The notes beneath the pieces were generated by a model, which was not told the DNA's origin, searched no databases, and worked only from the letters and a program-made list of their open reading frames with translations. This document shows, piece after piece, positions 27,906 to 40,289 of a stretch of 64,000 bases of DNA; position 1 is the stretch's first letter; each line of letters begins with the position of its first letter. The position numbers were made by a program, and so were the translations under genes. The stretch is from the NCBI GenBank assembly GCA_951406725.2, contig OX597823.1, positions 22,754,001 to 22,818,000 of the forward strand, written 5' to 3'. The DNA comes from Octopus vulgaris (taxonomy: Eukaryota).

Positions 27906-28010
27906 ATGTATGTGTCTATTCAAATATGTATTAGAAGCAGCGCTAGTATTACAAACATTATCAAACGCAATAATTGTTTCTGTGCATTGGTAACAGCTGC
28001 TAGTAGTAGT

Positions 28011-28318
28011 TGTGTACCTGTACGTCGTCAGGGGAGTGGCTTTGAGAGGACTGCTGAATCACGTTCAGTTTCCCATTTTATACCCATATTCTATTTCTAG
28101 CATTCCCTCTGTAGAGAGGTTAACAGAATAAAAATCAAATTTATTTATTTACAAAAAGTACTTATTTATAAATATGTTTATGACTTCTGTCGATTTGAAT
28201 GTATAAGTTACTGTGTATAATGGAAATGCTAAGAGTAGAATATGGGTTTAAAATAGGAAACTGAATGTGACCCAGAAGTACTCTCAAAGTCACTCACCTG
28301 ACGACGTGCGGGTACACA
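28011..28318. mobile_element. Foldback element with ~95-bp imperfect inverted repeats
   Basis: TGTGTACCTGTACGTCGTCAGG..CCCATATTCTA..TAGCATTCC versus GGAAATGCTA..TAGAATATGGG..CCTGACGACGTGCGGGTACACA. Confidence 0.75.
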
Positions 28319-28357
28319 GATACTCTGGATCATATTTGCATATTTGTTTATATAATA

Positions 28358-28746
28358 CTAGCAGTATCGCCCGGCGTTGCTCGGGTTTGTAAGGGAAATA
28401 ACTATAAAACATTTTTAGAGAGTTATAGCCAAAAAAATAGCAAAAAAATGCATTAAAAATGGAAAAAATATGATGGTAATTTTTTTTTAAATCGTTGACT
28501 CATCGTAGACATTTTTAGAGAGTTACTTCCCTTTAAAAAAATATGCATTAAAATGGAAAAAATGATGGTAAATTATTTTTAAAATCGTAGACTCATCGTA
28601 GACGCGCGCTAATACCCAGAAGGGCTCGATATGAATCACGACTATAAGATACCCGGTTTTGGTTAAACTGCACCGTAAAATGTGGGAGTAGTTAGGAATC
28701 TAAATCGGAGTAGACAGACACACAACCTTACTTTTATATATAAAGA
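28358..28746 (-). mobile_element. Non-autonomous Helitron (389 bp)
   Basis: Minus strand starts A|TCTTTATATATAAAAG and ends hairpin CCCGAGcaacgCCGGG..CTGCTAG|T; AT target, no TSD; 3' end nearly identical to that of the autonomous element. Confidence 0.9.
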
Positions 28747-28869
28747 TTTATATAATAGTGTGATATAGAAAACTAAGCAATGAGCAGCTGTTATCAATGT
28801 AGTGAAACAATCGTTGAGATTTGTGATTAAAGTCTGTTCATTCCATCATCTTGTTTTATAAATTTGTAC

Positions 28870-28904
<35 letters not shown>

Positions 28905-28905
28905 C

Positions 28906-28980
<75 letters not shown>

Positions 28981-28997
28981 CAGTCAGACAGACAGAC

Positions 28998-29066
<69 letters not shown>

Positions 29067-29077
29067 CACTCTTTCCA

Positions 29078-29110
<33 letters not shown>

Positions 29111-29759
29111 TCTCTGGTTATTCCTCCTTCTTTCAAATATCATGGCAACATTCTAAACAGTGATGCACATCGTGGACGAAACTGCAAATAGAATTCAGAA
29201 GATATCTTGTGGAAAATAACCATCTTCTCTTGGGACTTAACGATATCTATATGTGCAAGATGACACTAAAATATCCATTTTCTAAACATTCATTATCTCT
29301 ATTTTATTGTTTTGCTACGAAAGATGACAGTTACTATTCAAATAATGTGAATTATTTGATGCCTTTTCAACAAAACTGTCTTCGATAAACTTTGCTTGTA
29401 CTTTCAGTAAACCATTCATTTATTCTTTTAACTCTCTCAGTCCCTAATCTGCGGCCATTCTGGGTCACCGTTTTTGTTAAATCACCAGATTACGGGTACA
29501 TAACAAACCGATATTGGTGTAAGGAGGAGGAGACAAACTCAAAAGTACGTACATACATACATACATATTAGTGTGTATGTGTATGTACATATGTATATAT
29601 ATTTCTTTTACTACCCACAAGGGGCTAAACACAGAGGGGACAAACAAGGACAGACAAACGGATTAAGTCGATTACATATGTACATATGTATATATGTATG
29701 CATGCATATATGTGTGTGTGTATGTATGTACGTTGTTATACACCGCTGATCCCAATGCG

Positions 29760-29945
29760 CTTCCTCACATTGCTGTACCCTTCGAATGATTCACCCCAGC
29801 GGCTGGGTGGGTCCGTTACAGGGTTTCTCATTTACAGCTGGGTGGACTGGAGCAACGTAAAATGAAGTGTTTTGCTCAACGCGACATAGCGCCCGTCTGG
29901 GGATCGAAATCACGATCTCGTGATCGCGATTCCAAATCCACAACC
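29760..29945 (-). mobile_element. tRNA-derived SINE family C (CORE-like)
   Basis: Homologous to 37580-37870 and 52455-52655 (TTGAGCAA..ACTTCATTT.ACGTTGCTCCAGTCCAC). Confidence 0.7.
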
Positions 29946-29983
29946 ACAACATACGTACATCCATCCATCCATATATACATACA

Positions 29984-30015
<32 letters not shown>

Positions 30016-30045
30016 AAGGTATATACATACATACATACATACCTT

Positions 30046-30077
<32 letters not shown>

Positions 30078-30524
30078 TGTATGTATGTATGTATGTATTA
30101 TGTATGTATGTATGTATGTATGTATGTATGTATGTATGTATGTATGTACGTATATACGTATATAGTTATATGTTTTGTTTTCTTTTACTTTGTTTTTATT
30201 TGTTTTTTCCATTTGATATTTTATCAAGAGGTTGCTAAAAAAATAGTATTCTCGTCTGGTAAAAAGAAAAAGTGTGAAAACAGCATTGGTTTTAACAGAT
30301 ATTTTTACGATATTTACCTGATTAAATGCATCAACCGGTATTGTTGGGTTTTAGTAATTAATACGGTGTGTTATTTATAATATATTTAACATTCAAGAAT
30401 GAAGTTTGTAGTCATGTGCAGAAACAATTGCTAATGATATGGATAAAAGCATCTTCAATTCCCCTTTCTTAATATTTCTATATATATACTCGTTCGAGCA
30501 CACTCACATATGTACATACATACA

Positions 30525-30618
<94 letters not shown>

Positions 30619-30697
30619 AGGGTGGAAAGGAACACACGAGTTGATATATATGAAAAAACAAGTCAAAAATAGAAAATGCTAAGATGATTTTATAGTG

Positions 30698-30750
30698 AAT
30701 CTTTCAGTACCGGTTTCGGTCATTTTGAGACCTTTTCAACTGTAACGATT
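30698..30750 (-). ncRNA. Minimal type I hammerhead ribozyme, U3-A8 core (sense pLTR)
   Basis: Exact reverse complement of 32734-32786; same strand as the ORF. Confidence 0.78.
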
Positions 30751-31294
30751 AAATAATTAAATTTAGAAAAATTTAGAAAAATTAAAAGAAAGGTTTTTTT
30801 AAAGGAATACTTCCATAGTAGTCTTCAGATATTGGTGGCATTCTGCCTTTCTCTGACTCCCTTGTTTGCACTTGTGTATTCGAGGTCGTTGTGAGTTCTT
30901 GAGGGGGTGGGAGTGGGAAAATCTGGGCTGGTCAGTGGCGACCGGCAGTCGCTGCGTAGGCGTTATACTTAAAGACATTAGTGACAAGGTTAAGGGGTAG
31001 ATGGTGGAGAAGAAGAAGAAGAAGAAGAAGATGACGGTGTTGATGATGATGATGATGATGAAGAAGAAGAAGGAGAAGGAGAAGATGACGATGATGATGG
31101 TGGTGATGACGTTGACGACGATGATGATGATAATGATGATGATGAAGAAGAAGAGGAAGAAGAAGAAAAAAACAGAGAAGGGAGAATATGAATGGGTGAA
31201 GATATAGCTGTGATGGGGCGATTAGTAATGGATTCTATGGAATGTAATATTTGTGTGTGTATATATATTTCTTTTATTCTTAAGTTGAGGTATA

Positions 31295-32311
31295 TTAATT
31301 GTTTGTCGTAGACCCGTTAAGAAGTGGCCTGTATTTTATAATAAAGAGATTTTCTTTACTTATTCGTTGTCTCGAGGTTGTATCGTCCCTAAATTGGTAG
31401 AGGGGGAAAATTCTGAAGTTTGGTGTTTTTTTGTTGGCGCAAGTATCTATGTGTTGGCTAAAAGCTATTTTTCTGTTTTGGGGAATTTTTATCTGGGATC
31501 TGTGCAGGGCCATTCGTTTACGCAAACCATTTTTTGTTTGGCCTATGTACTGCTCTTGACACCCGGAGCAGGTTAGTGAGTATATTAGGTTCTCCGAAGC
31601 ACATGTGAAGTTGCTTTTCACTGTAAACCGTTGTCCCTGTTTGAAGGAGAACTCTGAACCCTCGATTAGATAGTCGCATATCCCGCAATTGGGTCTTCCA
31701 CATTTTTTTACTGTCGGCTTCTGTGTTGAAGAGTGAATTCGGGCTTGTGTTAGGAGACTTTTCATGGATCTAGGCTGTCTTTTGCTTTTTATGATCGTGT
31801 GTGTTTGGAGGATTGTGTTCATTCTGTGGTCTTTTTTTAGGAGGGGTATGTTGTGGAGGATGGTGCCGAAGGCTTCGTTATTGAGAGGGTTGTGTGTGGA
31901 GATGTATGGTAAGGCTTTTGGTTGTAAGTTTTTCTTTGATTTGGGATGTCTCAGTTCCTTGATGTTAAGTTGAAGGGCACGTTGAATGCACTTGTCAATA
32001 AGTGAAGGTGGATAGTTCCTGGTGATAAGGGTATCTTTTAGTTCTTGTAGTCGTGTGTCTCTGGTGTTTGCGTTAGAGACTATAGTGCATATCCTTTTTG
32101 CTAGATTGAAGGGGATATTCATCCTGGTGTGTCTAGGGTGGCATGAATTGAATGGAAGATATTGCTTAGAGTCTGTAGGCTTATAGTATATGTCTGTTTC
32201 TATTATATTATTAGCTTTCTTAATGAGGATATCGAGGAAGGGAAGTTGTTGCTGGCTATATTCCATCGTGAATTGGATGTTTACGTCCAGCCCGTTTAAA
32301 ATTTCCTGGAA
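31295..32311 (-). CDS. C-terminal part of PLE polyprotein: RT C-terminus/thumb, Zn linker, GIY-YIG endonuclease (5'-truncated)
   Basis: LNGLDVNIQFTME..LPFLDILI..TDIYYKPTDSKQYLPFNSCHP; CGRPNCGIC; NLIYSLTCSGCQEQYIGQT..RMALH; open with no stops up to the inversion junction at 32311. Confidence 0.92.
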   Translation of the reverse strand, partial: FQEILNGLDVNIQFTMEYSQQQLPFLDILIKKANNIIETDIYYKPTDSKQYLPFNSCHPRHTRMNIPFNLAKRICTIVSNANTRDTRLQELKDTLITRNYPPSLIDKCIQRALQLNIKELRHPKSKKNLQPKALPYISTHNPLNNEAFGTILHNIPLLKKDHRMNTILQTHTIIKSKRQPRSMKSLLTQARIHSSTQKPTVKKCGRPNCGICDYLIEGSEFSFKQGQRFTVKSNFTCASENLIYSLTCSGCQEQYIGQTKNGLRKRMALHRSQIKIPQNRKIAFSQHIDTCANKKTPNFRIFPLYQFRDDTTSRQRISKENLFIIKYRPLLNGSTTNN

Positions 32312-32733
32312 TTTTTTTCTTCTTCTTCCTCTTCTTCTTCATCATCATCATTATCATCATCATCGTCGTCAACGTCATCACCACCATCATCATCGTCATC
32401 TTCTCCTTCTCCTTCTTCTTCTTCTTCATCATCATCATCATCAACACCGTCATCTTCTTCTTCTTCTTCTACTTCTCCACCATCTACCCCTTAACCTTGT
32501 CACTAATGTCTTTAAGTATAACGCCTACGCAGCGACTGCCGGTCGCCACTGACCAGCCCAGATTTTCCCACTCCCACCCCCTCAAGAACTCACAACGACC
32601 TCGAATACACAAATGCAAACAAGGGAGTCAGAGAAAGGCAGAATGCCACCAATATCTGAAGACTACTATGGAAGTATTCCTTTAAAAAAACCTTTCTTTT
32701 AATTTTTCTAAATTTTTCTAAATTTAATTATTT

Positions 32734-32786
32734 AATCGTTACAGTTGAAAAGGTCTCAAAATGACCGAAACCGGTACTGAAAGATT
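32734..32786 (+). ncRNA. Minimal type I hammerhead ribozyme, U3-A8 core (inverted pLTR)
   Basis: AAUCguuaCAG UUGAAAA GGUC ucaaaau GACC GAAA C cg G UA CUGaaaGAUU; palindromic stem III ACCGGU; predicted cleavage after GUA at 32776. Confidence 0.78.
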
Positions 32787-32828
32787 CACTATAAAATCAT
32801 CTTAGCATTTTCTATTTTTGACTTGTTT

Positions 32829-32895
<67 letters not shown>

Positions 32896-33244
32896 TGAGA
32901 AAGTTGGTGTGTGAAATGTCATATTAGTAAATGTCATAAGCATAGAAGTTCCATTCTAGCAGACTGAGGTGGGAAGGCCATGTAGTTGTACAGTAAATAG
33001 AAGAATTCGAAATCTTCAGAGAATTATGTTCCAGGAAATGATAATCTTACAAAACGAAGTTATGGGACAGTGTCTGACTTGAAACTGATCTGAAATAAAG
33101 TAATATTCATGCGGCAGATGGAGCTTCATGGAGGATAGCTTAGGGAATGTATATATGCATTGTGAAGAGAATCGCAAGAAGAACGCAAGAGCGTGACGCC
33201 AAAAAGGTAACTTTGTATATGTTGGTTTCAAATTTAGACTCAAG

Positions 33245-33437
33245 GCCAGCAATTTGGGGTAAGTGGTAAATCGATTACATCGATCCTAGCGTTCAATTGG
33301 TACTTATTTTATCGACCGTAAAATGATGAAAGGCAAAGTCGATCTTGGCGGTAATTTGAACTCAGAAAGTAAGGACGGACGAAATGCTGCCATGCATTTT
33401 GTCCAGCGTGTTAACGTTTCTGCCAGTTCGCCGTCTT
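33245..33437 (-). mobile_element. SINE family B, diverged
   Basis: Reverse complement of the SINE B head and core. Confidence 0.75.
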
Positions 33438-33469
33438 AAACTCCATTTATATTAATAAACCCTTTAACT

Positions 33470-34030
33470 GGTGAGTCACAAGACAGGAATTTCAAAATCA
33501 AGAGTCCATCGCATTTCCAAGCAGAGTCAATGGAAAAGTTATATTCCAAAAATAGTCCACGCTCTTAATGAAGATGATGTGAACCAAAGAGTGGAGTTTT
33601 GTGTGTGGTACATGAAAAGAAGTGTAGAAGAGGCATAGTTTCCCACAAGTATTGTTTTGAGTTGTAAGGCCACATTTAAATTAAATGGCCCGATTTACTG
33701 CCATAATTGCATCTATTGGAGACCTGAGAATCTGCATATTACGAAGGAATATCGTGTTAATTTACCAGAGGTTATAATACGTGCCACTTATCAAAAGAAT
33801 TAATTCGACCATTTCTTTTGACGGTACTGTGACATTTATTTGAACTTGTTGCGACACTCTATCATGCCAAGTTTTCAAGTGGACTGTGAAGGTGTGAAGT
33901 TTTATTTCCAGCATGCCAACTCTACTGTAGTCATGTAAAGACCTACGTTGATGAGACTTTACCAAAAATATGGATTGGATGAAGACAAGTTCGTATCTCT
34001 TTGGCCTCAATATTATCCTTCCGACGGATC
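33470..34030 (+). pseudogene. Decayed Tc1/mariner-superfamily transposase fragment
   Basis: VHALNEDDVNQRVEFCVW, ATFKLNG, HNCIYWRPEN, PFLFDGTV, FYFQH. Confidence 0.65.
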
Positions 34031-34035
34031 TCATT

Positions 34036-35330
34036 ATGTAGTGTCTTGGCTAAAACATCATGTTTCATCGGTAAATAATTACGCGATGACATTTTTGGAT
34101 AACTGCTTATGATGTGTGACACATCTTCGATGATAACTTCACAAAGTCTGCATCGGTTATTACATTTTGGTGTATTTTCCTGCATCTCTGTCCCTGTTGA
34201 TCATCAGGCACTTGATTAGTATTTCCTGTTACTGGATGGCAGACGCATACTCTTCAAAGTGAGAGCTAGTAATCCATGATAGACTATTTGATTAGCAAAA
34301 TTGCTGTCATCCCGGAGCTTTCTGTATTCATGCATCCATTCACGCTCCTCTGCTGATCTACACTCATCCTTTCATCTGATAATACGTTGCGGAAGAAAGG
34401 AAGCGAGCTGGCAGAAACGTTAGCTGGCCGGGCGAAATGCTTAGCGGTATTTCGTCTGCCGTTACGTTCTGAGTTCAAATCTGCCGAGATTGACTTTGCC
34501 TTTCATCCTTTCGGGGTCAATTAAATAAGTACCAGTTACGCACTGGGGTCGATGTAATCGACTTAATCCTTTTGTCTGTCCTTGTTTGTCTCCTCTGTGT
34601 TTAGCCCCTTGTGGGTAGTAAAGAAATAGGTTTTTCATCTGTCTTTACGTTCAAATTTCGCCGAGATTGACTTTGCCTTTCATCATTTCAGGGTCGATTA
34701 ATTAAGTATCGGTTGTGTACTGGGGCTGATCTAATCGACTGCCTCCCCACTCCCTAAAAACTTCGGGTTTTGTGCCTAGCATAGAAAAGAATACGTTGCG
34801 GTAGAGTTGTTCAACTTCTTTGGACATGCACTCAAGGTTATCAAAGATTGTTGCTCAAGTATCTGTTTTTCAAGTCTCATGATGTTATCTGCCTCGTGTA
34901 TGCAAACTTGGTCTAAGAATGCTCTTCGACCCCTGGTGGTTAAAAGATGTTGCCAAAAGGATATGATATGATTATCCAAAGTCAGTCTGAATCGATGTTA
35001 AGCCTCTGCCCTTGCTTTCGTTTTAGCTAGAGGCTGCCTCCGTCGTTGTTATTTGTGCCGGTCAGTATCTCCGGGTTTTCACATCAATGACTTGGATCTC
35101 ATCAAGTGTCCAATCAAGTATCCCAAATTTTGGTATGAGAGCTGGTACTGCAAACACAATGTGGGTCACTGTTTTATTGAATGCAGCGAGTTCCGAGGCC
35201 CATGTTTTCCTTATCCGGCTGTAATATTCTCTAGTGACACGTGTCTTGTGGCAGGTACCACCGTTAGGTAAGTTTTCATCTACCCATAGATACCTCTAAC
35301 ATTCCTCATCAGATATAGGAGAAACAGTTA
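34036..35330 (-). mobile_element. R4/Dong-like (RLE) non-LTR retrotransposon fragment, interrupted by SINE B
   Basis: RVTREYYSRIRKTWASELAAFNK..FAVPALIPKFGILDWTLDEIQVIDVKTRR; AIQ*QEI; CRLCEVIIEDVSHIISS..HDVLAK (CCHC knuckle). Confidence 0.8.
34397..34789 (+). mobile_element. SINE family B dimer with ~16-bp TSD
   Basis: Core present twice; AATACGTTGCGGAAGA (34381-34396) and AATACGTTGCGGTAGA (34790-34805). Confidence 0.88.
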
Positions 35331-35877
35331 AGTCATTGATGGAGATGCTGCTAGTCTGATTTACAGTTTTCTCTCTTTTCACATATAGAAAAACTTATCT
35401 TGACAAAACTCCAACCCTACATCCTTTGAGAAGGTAGGTATGTATGTATCAATGTATGTATGTATGTATGTATGTACTCCTATAAATACATTCACATGCA
35501 CACACACACACGTACACATATAGATAGAAATACACATATACATATATCTTTGTATGTCTATGTGCATATACGTTCGTGTGTGTATGTTTATATGTGTTTT
35601 TGTGCATAAATGTTTGCTTTAATGTAAAGTTTTATATAAAAACAATCAAGCATTAAACTGAAGAATCAATACCTTCTCAGTAAAGCGCTATATTTATTTA
35701 CTTTTACAAAGAAACGGTTGACCTTTTCGTAATATGTAATTTTATATATATAGTCGAAACCTATGAATCGTTTTATATGCAAGATATAAAAATCTGAGCT
35801 TATGAAATTTGCTTTTAAAAAAAACACATAATCAAGTCATATTCTAACTCCTGCTGACATATATAGCCTAACTTCTG

Positions 35878-35938
<61 letters not shown>

Positions 35939-36384
35939 ATATATATAGAGCATTGCTTCAGCGTATATATAGCATTGCTTCGACGTATATACAGCATCGC
36001 TTCTGCCTGTGTTCCACACGCAATGGTTATCGCCATGCGTTTGAATTTGCCACATCATAGCGGCTGTTACATTCCTAATTTCTCGTAAAACTGATTGCTG
36101 AGTAATCTCCATATTTTGCGTAAAGGAGGGGAGCAAATGGAGAAGTGAAAATCTTTCATTTTTGAAAGTCACTCAAAATGCGGGTTACACATTTGATTTA
36201 TATTTATTTAGTATCTTATTTAATATATTTATAAATATTTCAAAGATATATCATATAGAGTATTGGCACACATATGTTGAAAGGTTTTCCACAAACGATA
36301 AAGAAAAGTATATTTCTCTTCCAGATTGATTAATACAGCCATATTTTTTATGCATATATGTATCATTAGTTTTGCTTCTGTAAG

Positions 36385-36585
36385 ATGGCGGCTGGCAGAA
36401 CCGTTAGCATGCAGGGCGAAATGCTTAGAGGTATTTCGTCTGTCTTTATGTTCTGAGTTCAAATTCCGCCGAGGTCGACTTTACCTTTCATCCTTGCGGG
36501 ATCGATAAATTAAGTGCCAGTTGCGTACTATGGTTGATCTAATTGACTGCCCTCCCCCCTCCCCAAAAATTTCGACCTTATGCCT
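36385..36585 (+). mobile_element. SINE family B monomer (second tail type)
   Basis: Head plus core plus CCCCTCCCCAAAAATTTCG tail. Confidence 0.8.
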
Positions 36586-36689
36586 CTCTGGGGTGTATAT
36601 TTTTATTTACCCTTACGTACCTATAACATTTATCGCCAGATATAGGAGAAACAGTTGTTGTTCTGGCTTAATTTTTCAAATTTTTTTCT

Positions 36690-37560
36690 AATAGACTTAG
36701 CTCATTTCTATTCATGTGTTCTCTTTCTCTTTTTAATTTAGAATGAATTTTGATCGGCCACTTACTCGATAAGAAGATTGCGAAGGAAGGCATCATAACC
36801 CTTTAAATTTTAAGGTCTTGCAGATTTTCTTAGTTCCAGATATCGTGATCATTTGTAGTCCATGAATTAAGAATTTGCGTTCTTTCCCCAAGAACCCAAG
36901 TTCAACTATAGCCAGGTGGGTATCCTGTTGCTCCATTAATAATAGGTATGGAAGTGTATCTTGGATATTGGTCCATAGACGTCCTCTTTCCCTTGTATTT
37001 TCGTACTACATTGGTGTCCAGAAGGCATCTGATTTCCACAACAGAGTATATCTTTTCCTTGTAGATATCTGGCCGGTTATGTTTTAAATTGGGAAGTTGT
37101 TTAAAATTTTAAGTTCCACCAAAACGCTTCTAACCCTTCAGTTTCAATATAATTAACTTCGTCTTTATGAATTTTCTTCTTCGTTATTCTGTTACAGACT
37201 GTTCTAGCCATCGCGTCATGCCCCATCGCAGTTGACAAATGTGGTTGATGTCTTCTGTCTTGCTCTAGTGCAGCCTGCATTTGTTGTCTGTCAATCTTTT
37301 CTTTCATTTGTTTTGTGGGTATTGGTGGGTATTTCTTGTCCTTGAATAGCATAGAGGTAGCCTATGAAGTGGGATGCTATAAACTTGTCGGTACTCCACG
37401 TCAAGCTTTTGACATGATCAGTCCCTTCTATGGTTTGTGTTTTTCGTGGTACGTACCCATATACTATCTTCTCAGTGACCTGGTCCATTTGTGTTCCGAT
37501 AAATAGATTTACCGTTGCTCCTTGGAAAGAGGTCTCTATCAGCTCTTATTTTATACCCTT
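36690..37560 (-). mobile_element. R4/Dong-like LINE 3' fragment (second copy)
   Basis: SHFIGYLYAIQGQEIPT, HDAMARTV, FWWNLKF, IPIINGATGY. Confidence 0.7.
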
Positions 37561-37579
37561 TCTCAAGCTCAATGTATGT

Positions 37580-37870
37580 GCGAGGGTAGTTAGAGCGTCA
37601 GGCTCACAATCATGAGGTTGTGAGTTCAATTCCAGGACCGGGTTGTGTGTCGTGCTCTTGAGCAAGATACTCTATTTCACGTTGCTTCACTCCATTCGGC
37701 TGTAGAAATGAGTTGGGACGTCACTGGTGCCAAGCTGTATAACCCTTTGCTCTATGGATAACATCGGTGGCGTGGAGAAAGGGGGCTGGTAGGCATGGGT
37801 GACTGCTAGTCTTCCTTAAACAACCTTGTCAAGACTTGTGCCTCGGAGGGGGAACTTTCTAGGTGCAATA
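37580..37870 (+). mobile_element. tRNA-derived SINE family C
   Basis: tRNA-like head GGTAGTTAGAGCGTCAGGCTCACAATC..GAGTTCAATTCC; CTTGAGCAAG core. Confidence 0.75.
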
Positions 37871-38039
37871 CCATATTTGTACGTATGTATGTACGTATGT
37901 TTGCATGTATGCATATACACGCATAGATGTATATGCGTGTATATATATATATATATATATATATATGCATGCATAAATACAAGTGTGTGTGTATACAAGC
38001 ATGGATGTCATGCATATATGCATCATATATATTGTACAT

Positions 38040-38700
38040 ATTTTTGATATTTTTGATAGGTTGTCGTAATGATCTGATTAGGCATGTTCTTTCTGTTTTT
38101 GTGCAACTCAGCTTCTCGAGATTGGCATCAAGATAGTTAGTCACGTAGGCAGGTTCTCCGATAATAATTGGTAGAAATCCATAATTAGAGTCTGCATGGG
38201 TAACTGTAGATTTCTTTTAGATGTTTTCTTTTTCCCTAATCTTTAATATTATGTAGACATCAACTGAACAAGTGATCTTTGCTTCTGTGTGTTTCTTTTC
38301 AATGTAACAGACCACTATATCTGGTCTGTTTTACTTGCGTTTTATCAAGTCTTGGTCGGTATATTCCACCAGTATTCTTTCAAATCGTGTATAGTTATAC
38401 CTTCTAATCATAATAGCTTCTTATATTTAATCCAGCGGATTTCATAATATAATGACATAGCTACGACATCGCGTCTCATAGGTAGGCAATACCTGATGAC
38501 ACTTTTCGAAAACTACCTATGATTGTAGATGACATCCTAAATGTTTGTTCCACAGTGTCTTCCTCTTTATCACTTCCAGGTAGTTTACCTAAACCCCTAC
38601 ATAACATATCTGATACTATCTCATACATACTCGTGCACAGACATACCATTCTGTATGCACTGACGTGCAAGGTGACTGCATAAGACTACTGGTATTTTCT
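38040..38700 (-). mobile_element. R4/Dong-like LINE 3' fragment (third copy)
   Basis: NRPDIVV restriction-like endonuclease motif; FLPIIIGEPAYVTNYLDANLEKL. Confidence 0.65.
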
Positions 38701-39307
38701 GGTTATTTTATGCACTTGTTTTTCAAAGGTGTATTTTTCAATATCTCGGTTGTTAGTCCACAGTAGACTACTCCTGATTTCCATCGTTGCTGTCACTTTG
38801 ATCTCCTCTAGAAATTTAGCTGTGCATGACCTTGTGCCGGTATATATGCAGCTTCTCTTTTGGTGAACTATTGCAGAAGAGTTGAACAAATTTTCTGGCT
38901 GTGTATCCCAAGTTATCAATTATAGAATACTTTCTGGAATCCTTTCCAGCTCCCACTCTTTAATAAATGGCTGTTAAACACCGCTAAGCGAAACGAAATA
39001 CTTACTGGTAGGAGATGTTGAGTCGTGAAAATACGAAAAAAGGGTAGGCGAATTCCAACGAAGAAAACTGATAATACTGAGAAAGCGAACACTGGCTGTT
39101 TTACGATTAATGGCTATTTTTATATGAATGGCTGTTAAACACTGTTAAGTGAATTCAAATACTTAGGAGAAGTTGCGTCGTGAAAATACGTTAAACAGGT
39201 ACACGAATTCCAACGGACTGGAAAAGTTTTTACATACATATACACGTACATGCACACATCCATCCATCCATCCATCCATCCATCCATACATACATACATA
39301 CATACAT

Positions 39308-39342
<35 letters not shown>

Positions 39343-39439
39343 GTCATATTCAAGAGTTTTACTCGACATATAACGGTCAAGTTTAGAAATGTACTTTTGC
39401 TTCCATGGGTAATATCAGGAAATATGCCATACGTATAAC

Positions 39440-39928
39440 GACTTTGCCTTTCATCCTTTCGGGGTCGATTAACTAAGTACCAGTAACGCACTGGTGTCGA
39501 TATAATCGACTTAATCCGCTTGTCTGTCCTTGTTTGTCCTCCCTGTGTTTAGCCCCCTGTGGGTGATAAAGAAATAGGTATTTCGTCTGCCGCTACGTTC
39601 TGAGTTCAGATTCCGCCGATCGACTTTGCCTTTCATCCTTTCGAGGTCGATTAAATAAGTATCAGTTACGCACTGGGGTCGATGTAATCGACTTAATCCG
39701 TTTGTCTGTCCTTGTTTGTTCTCTCTGTGTTTAGCCCCTTGTGGGTAGTAAAGAAATAGGTATTTCGTCTGTCTTTATGTTCTGAGCTCAAATTCCGCCG
39801 AGGTCGACTTTGCTTTTCATCCTTTCGGGGTCGATAAATTAAGTACCAGTTGCGTACTGGGGTCGATCTAATCGACTGGCCCCCTTCCCCAAAAAGGTTG
39901 GGGCTTGTACCTAGAGTAGAAAAGATTA
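39440..39928 (+). mobile_element. SINE family B multimer (three tandem cores, ~180-bp period), 5'-truncated
   Basis: GACTTTGCCTTTCATCCTTTCG.GGTCGAT at ~39440, ~39622 and ~39806. Confidence 0.88.
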
Positions 39929-40240
39929 TGATTTGCTTTCAAATTTCTTGTTCCTTAGACAAAATGATTGAAATGAATTCTAATTTTCAAAGAAAATGTT
40001 ATTTTACTATGTTACTTGTTACCTGTCCTCTTGCTCTGTCTCTGCGATCCTTTCTCTCTTATTGTTTGTGTAGGAAAAGCGTTCTTCACTCCTTGCCTTA
40101 CACCAAATCTCATATATATACTCATCCTGCTCCTCCACTCTCCTGCTGACTCCTTCTGAGTCTCTCACTTTCAATCTATCTCTCTATCTATCTCTATCTA
40201 ACTATCAATCTTTCTCTCTCTCTCTATTTATCTATCTATC

Positions 40241-40289
<49 letters not shown>

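Larger units (their letters stand above)
30616..32840 (-). mobile_element. 5'-truncated Penelope-like retroelement (Neptune type) with inverted pseudo-LTRs
   Basis: RT-thumb/GIY-YIG ORF flanked by a ~529-bp inverted repeat (30644-31172 and 32312-32840; two substitutions seen by eye); ~28-bp tail on the sense pLTR; inserted in a (TA)n/(TG)n microsatellite. Confidence 0.93.

Noticed and set aside
30799-32685. Identical 62-aa ORFs at 30799(-) and 32497(+) as a duplicated gene
   Set aside because: They are the two pLTR copies; TTG start and no recognisable motif.
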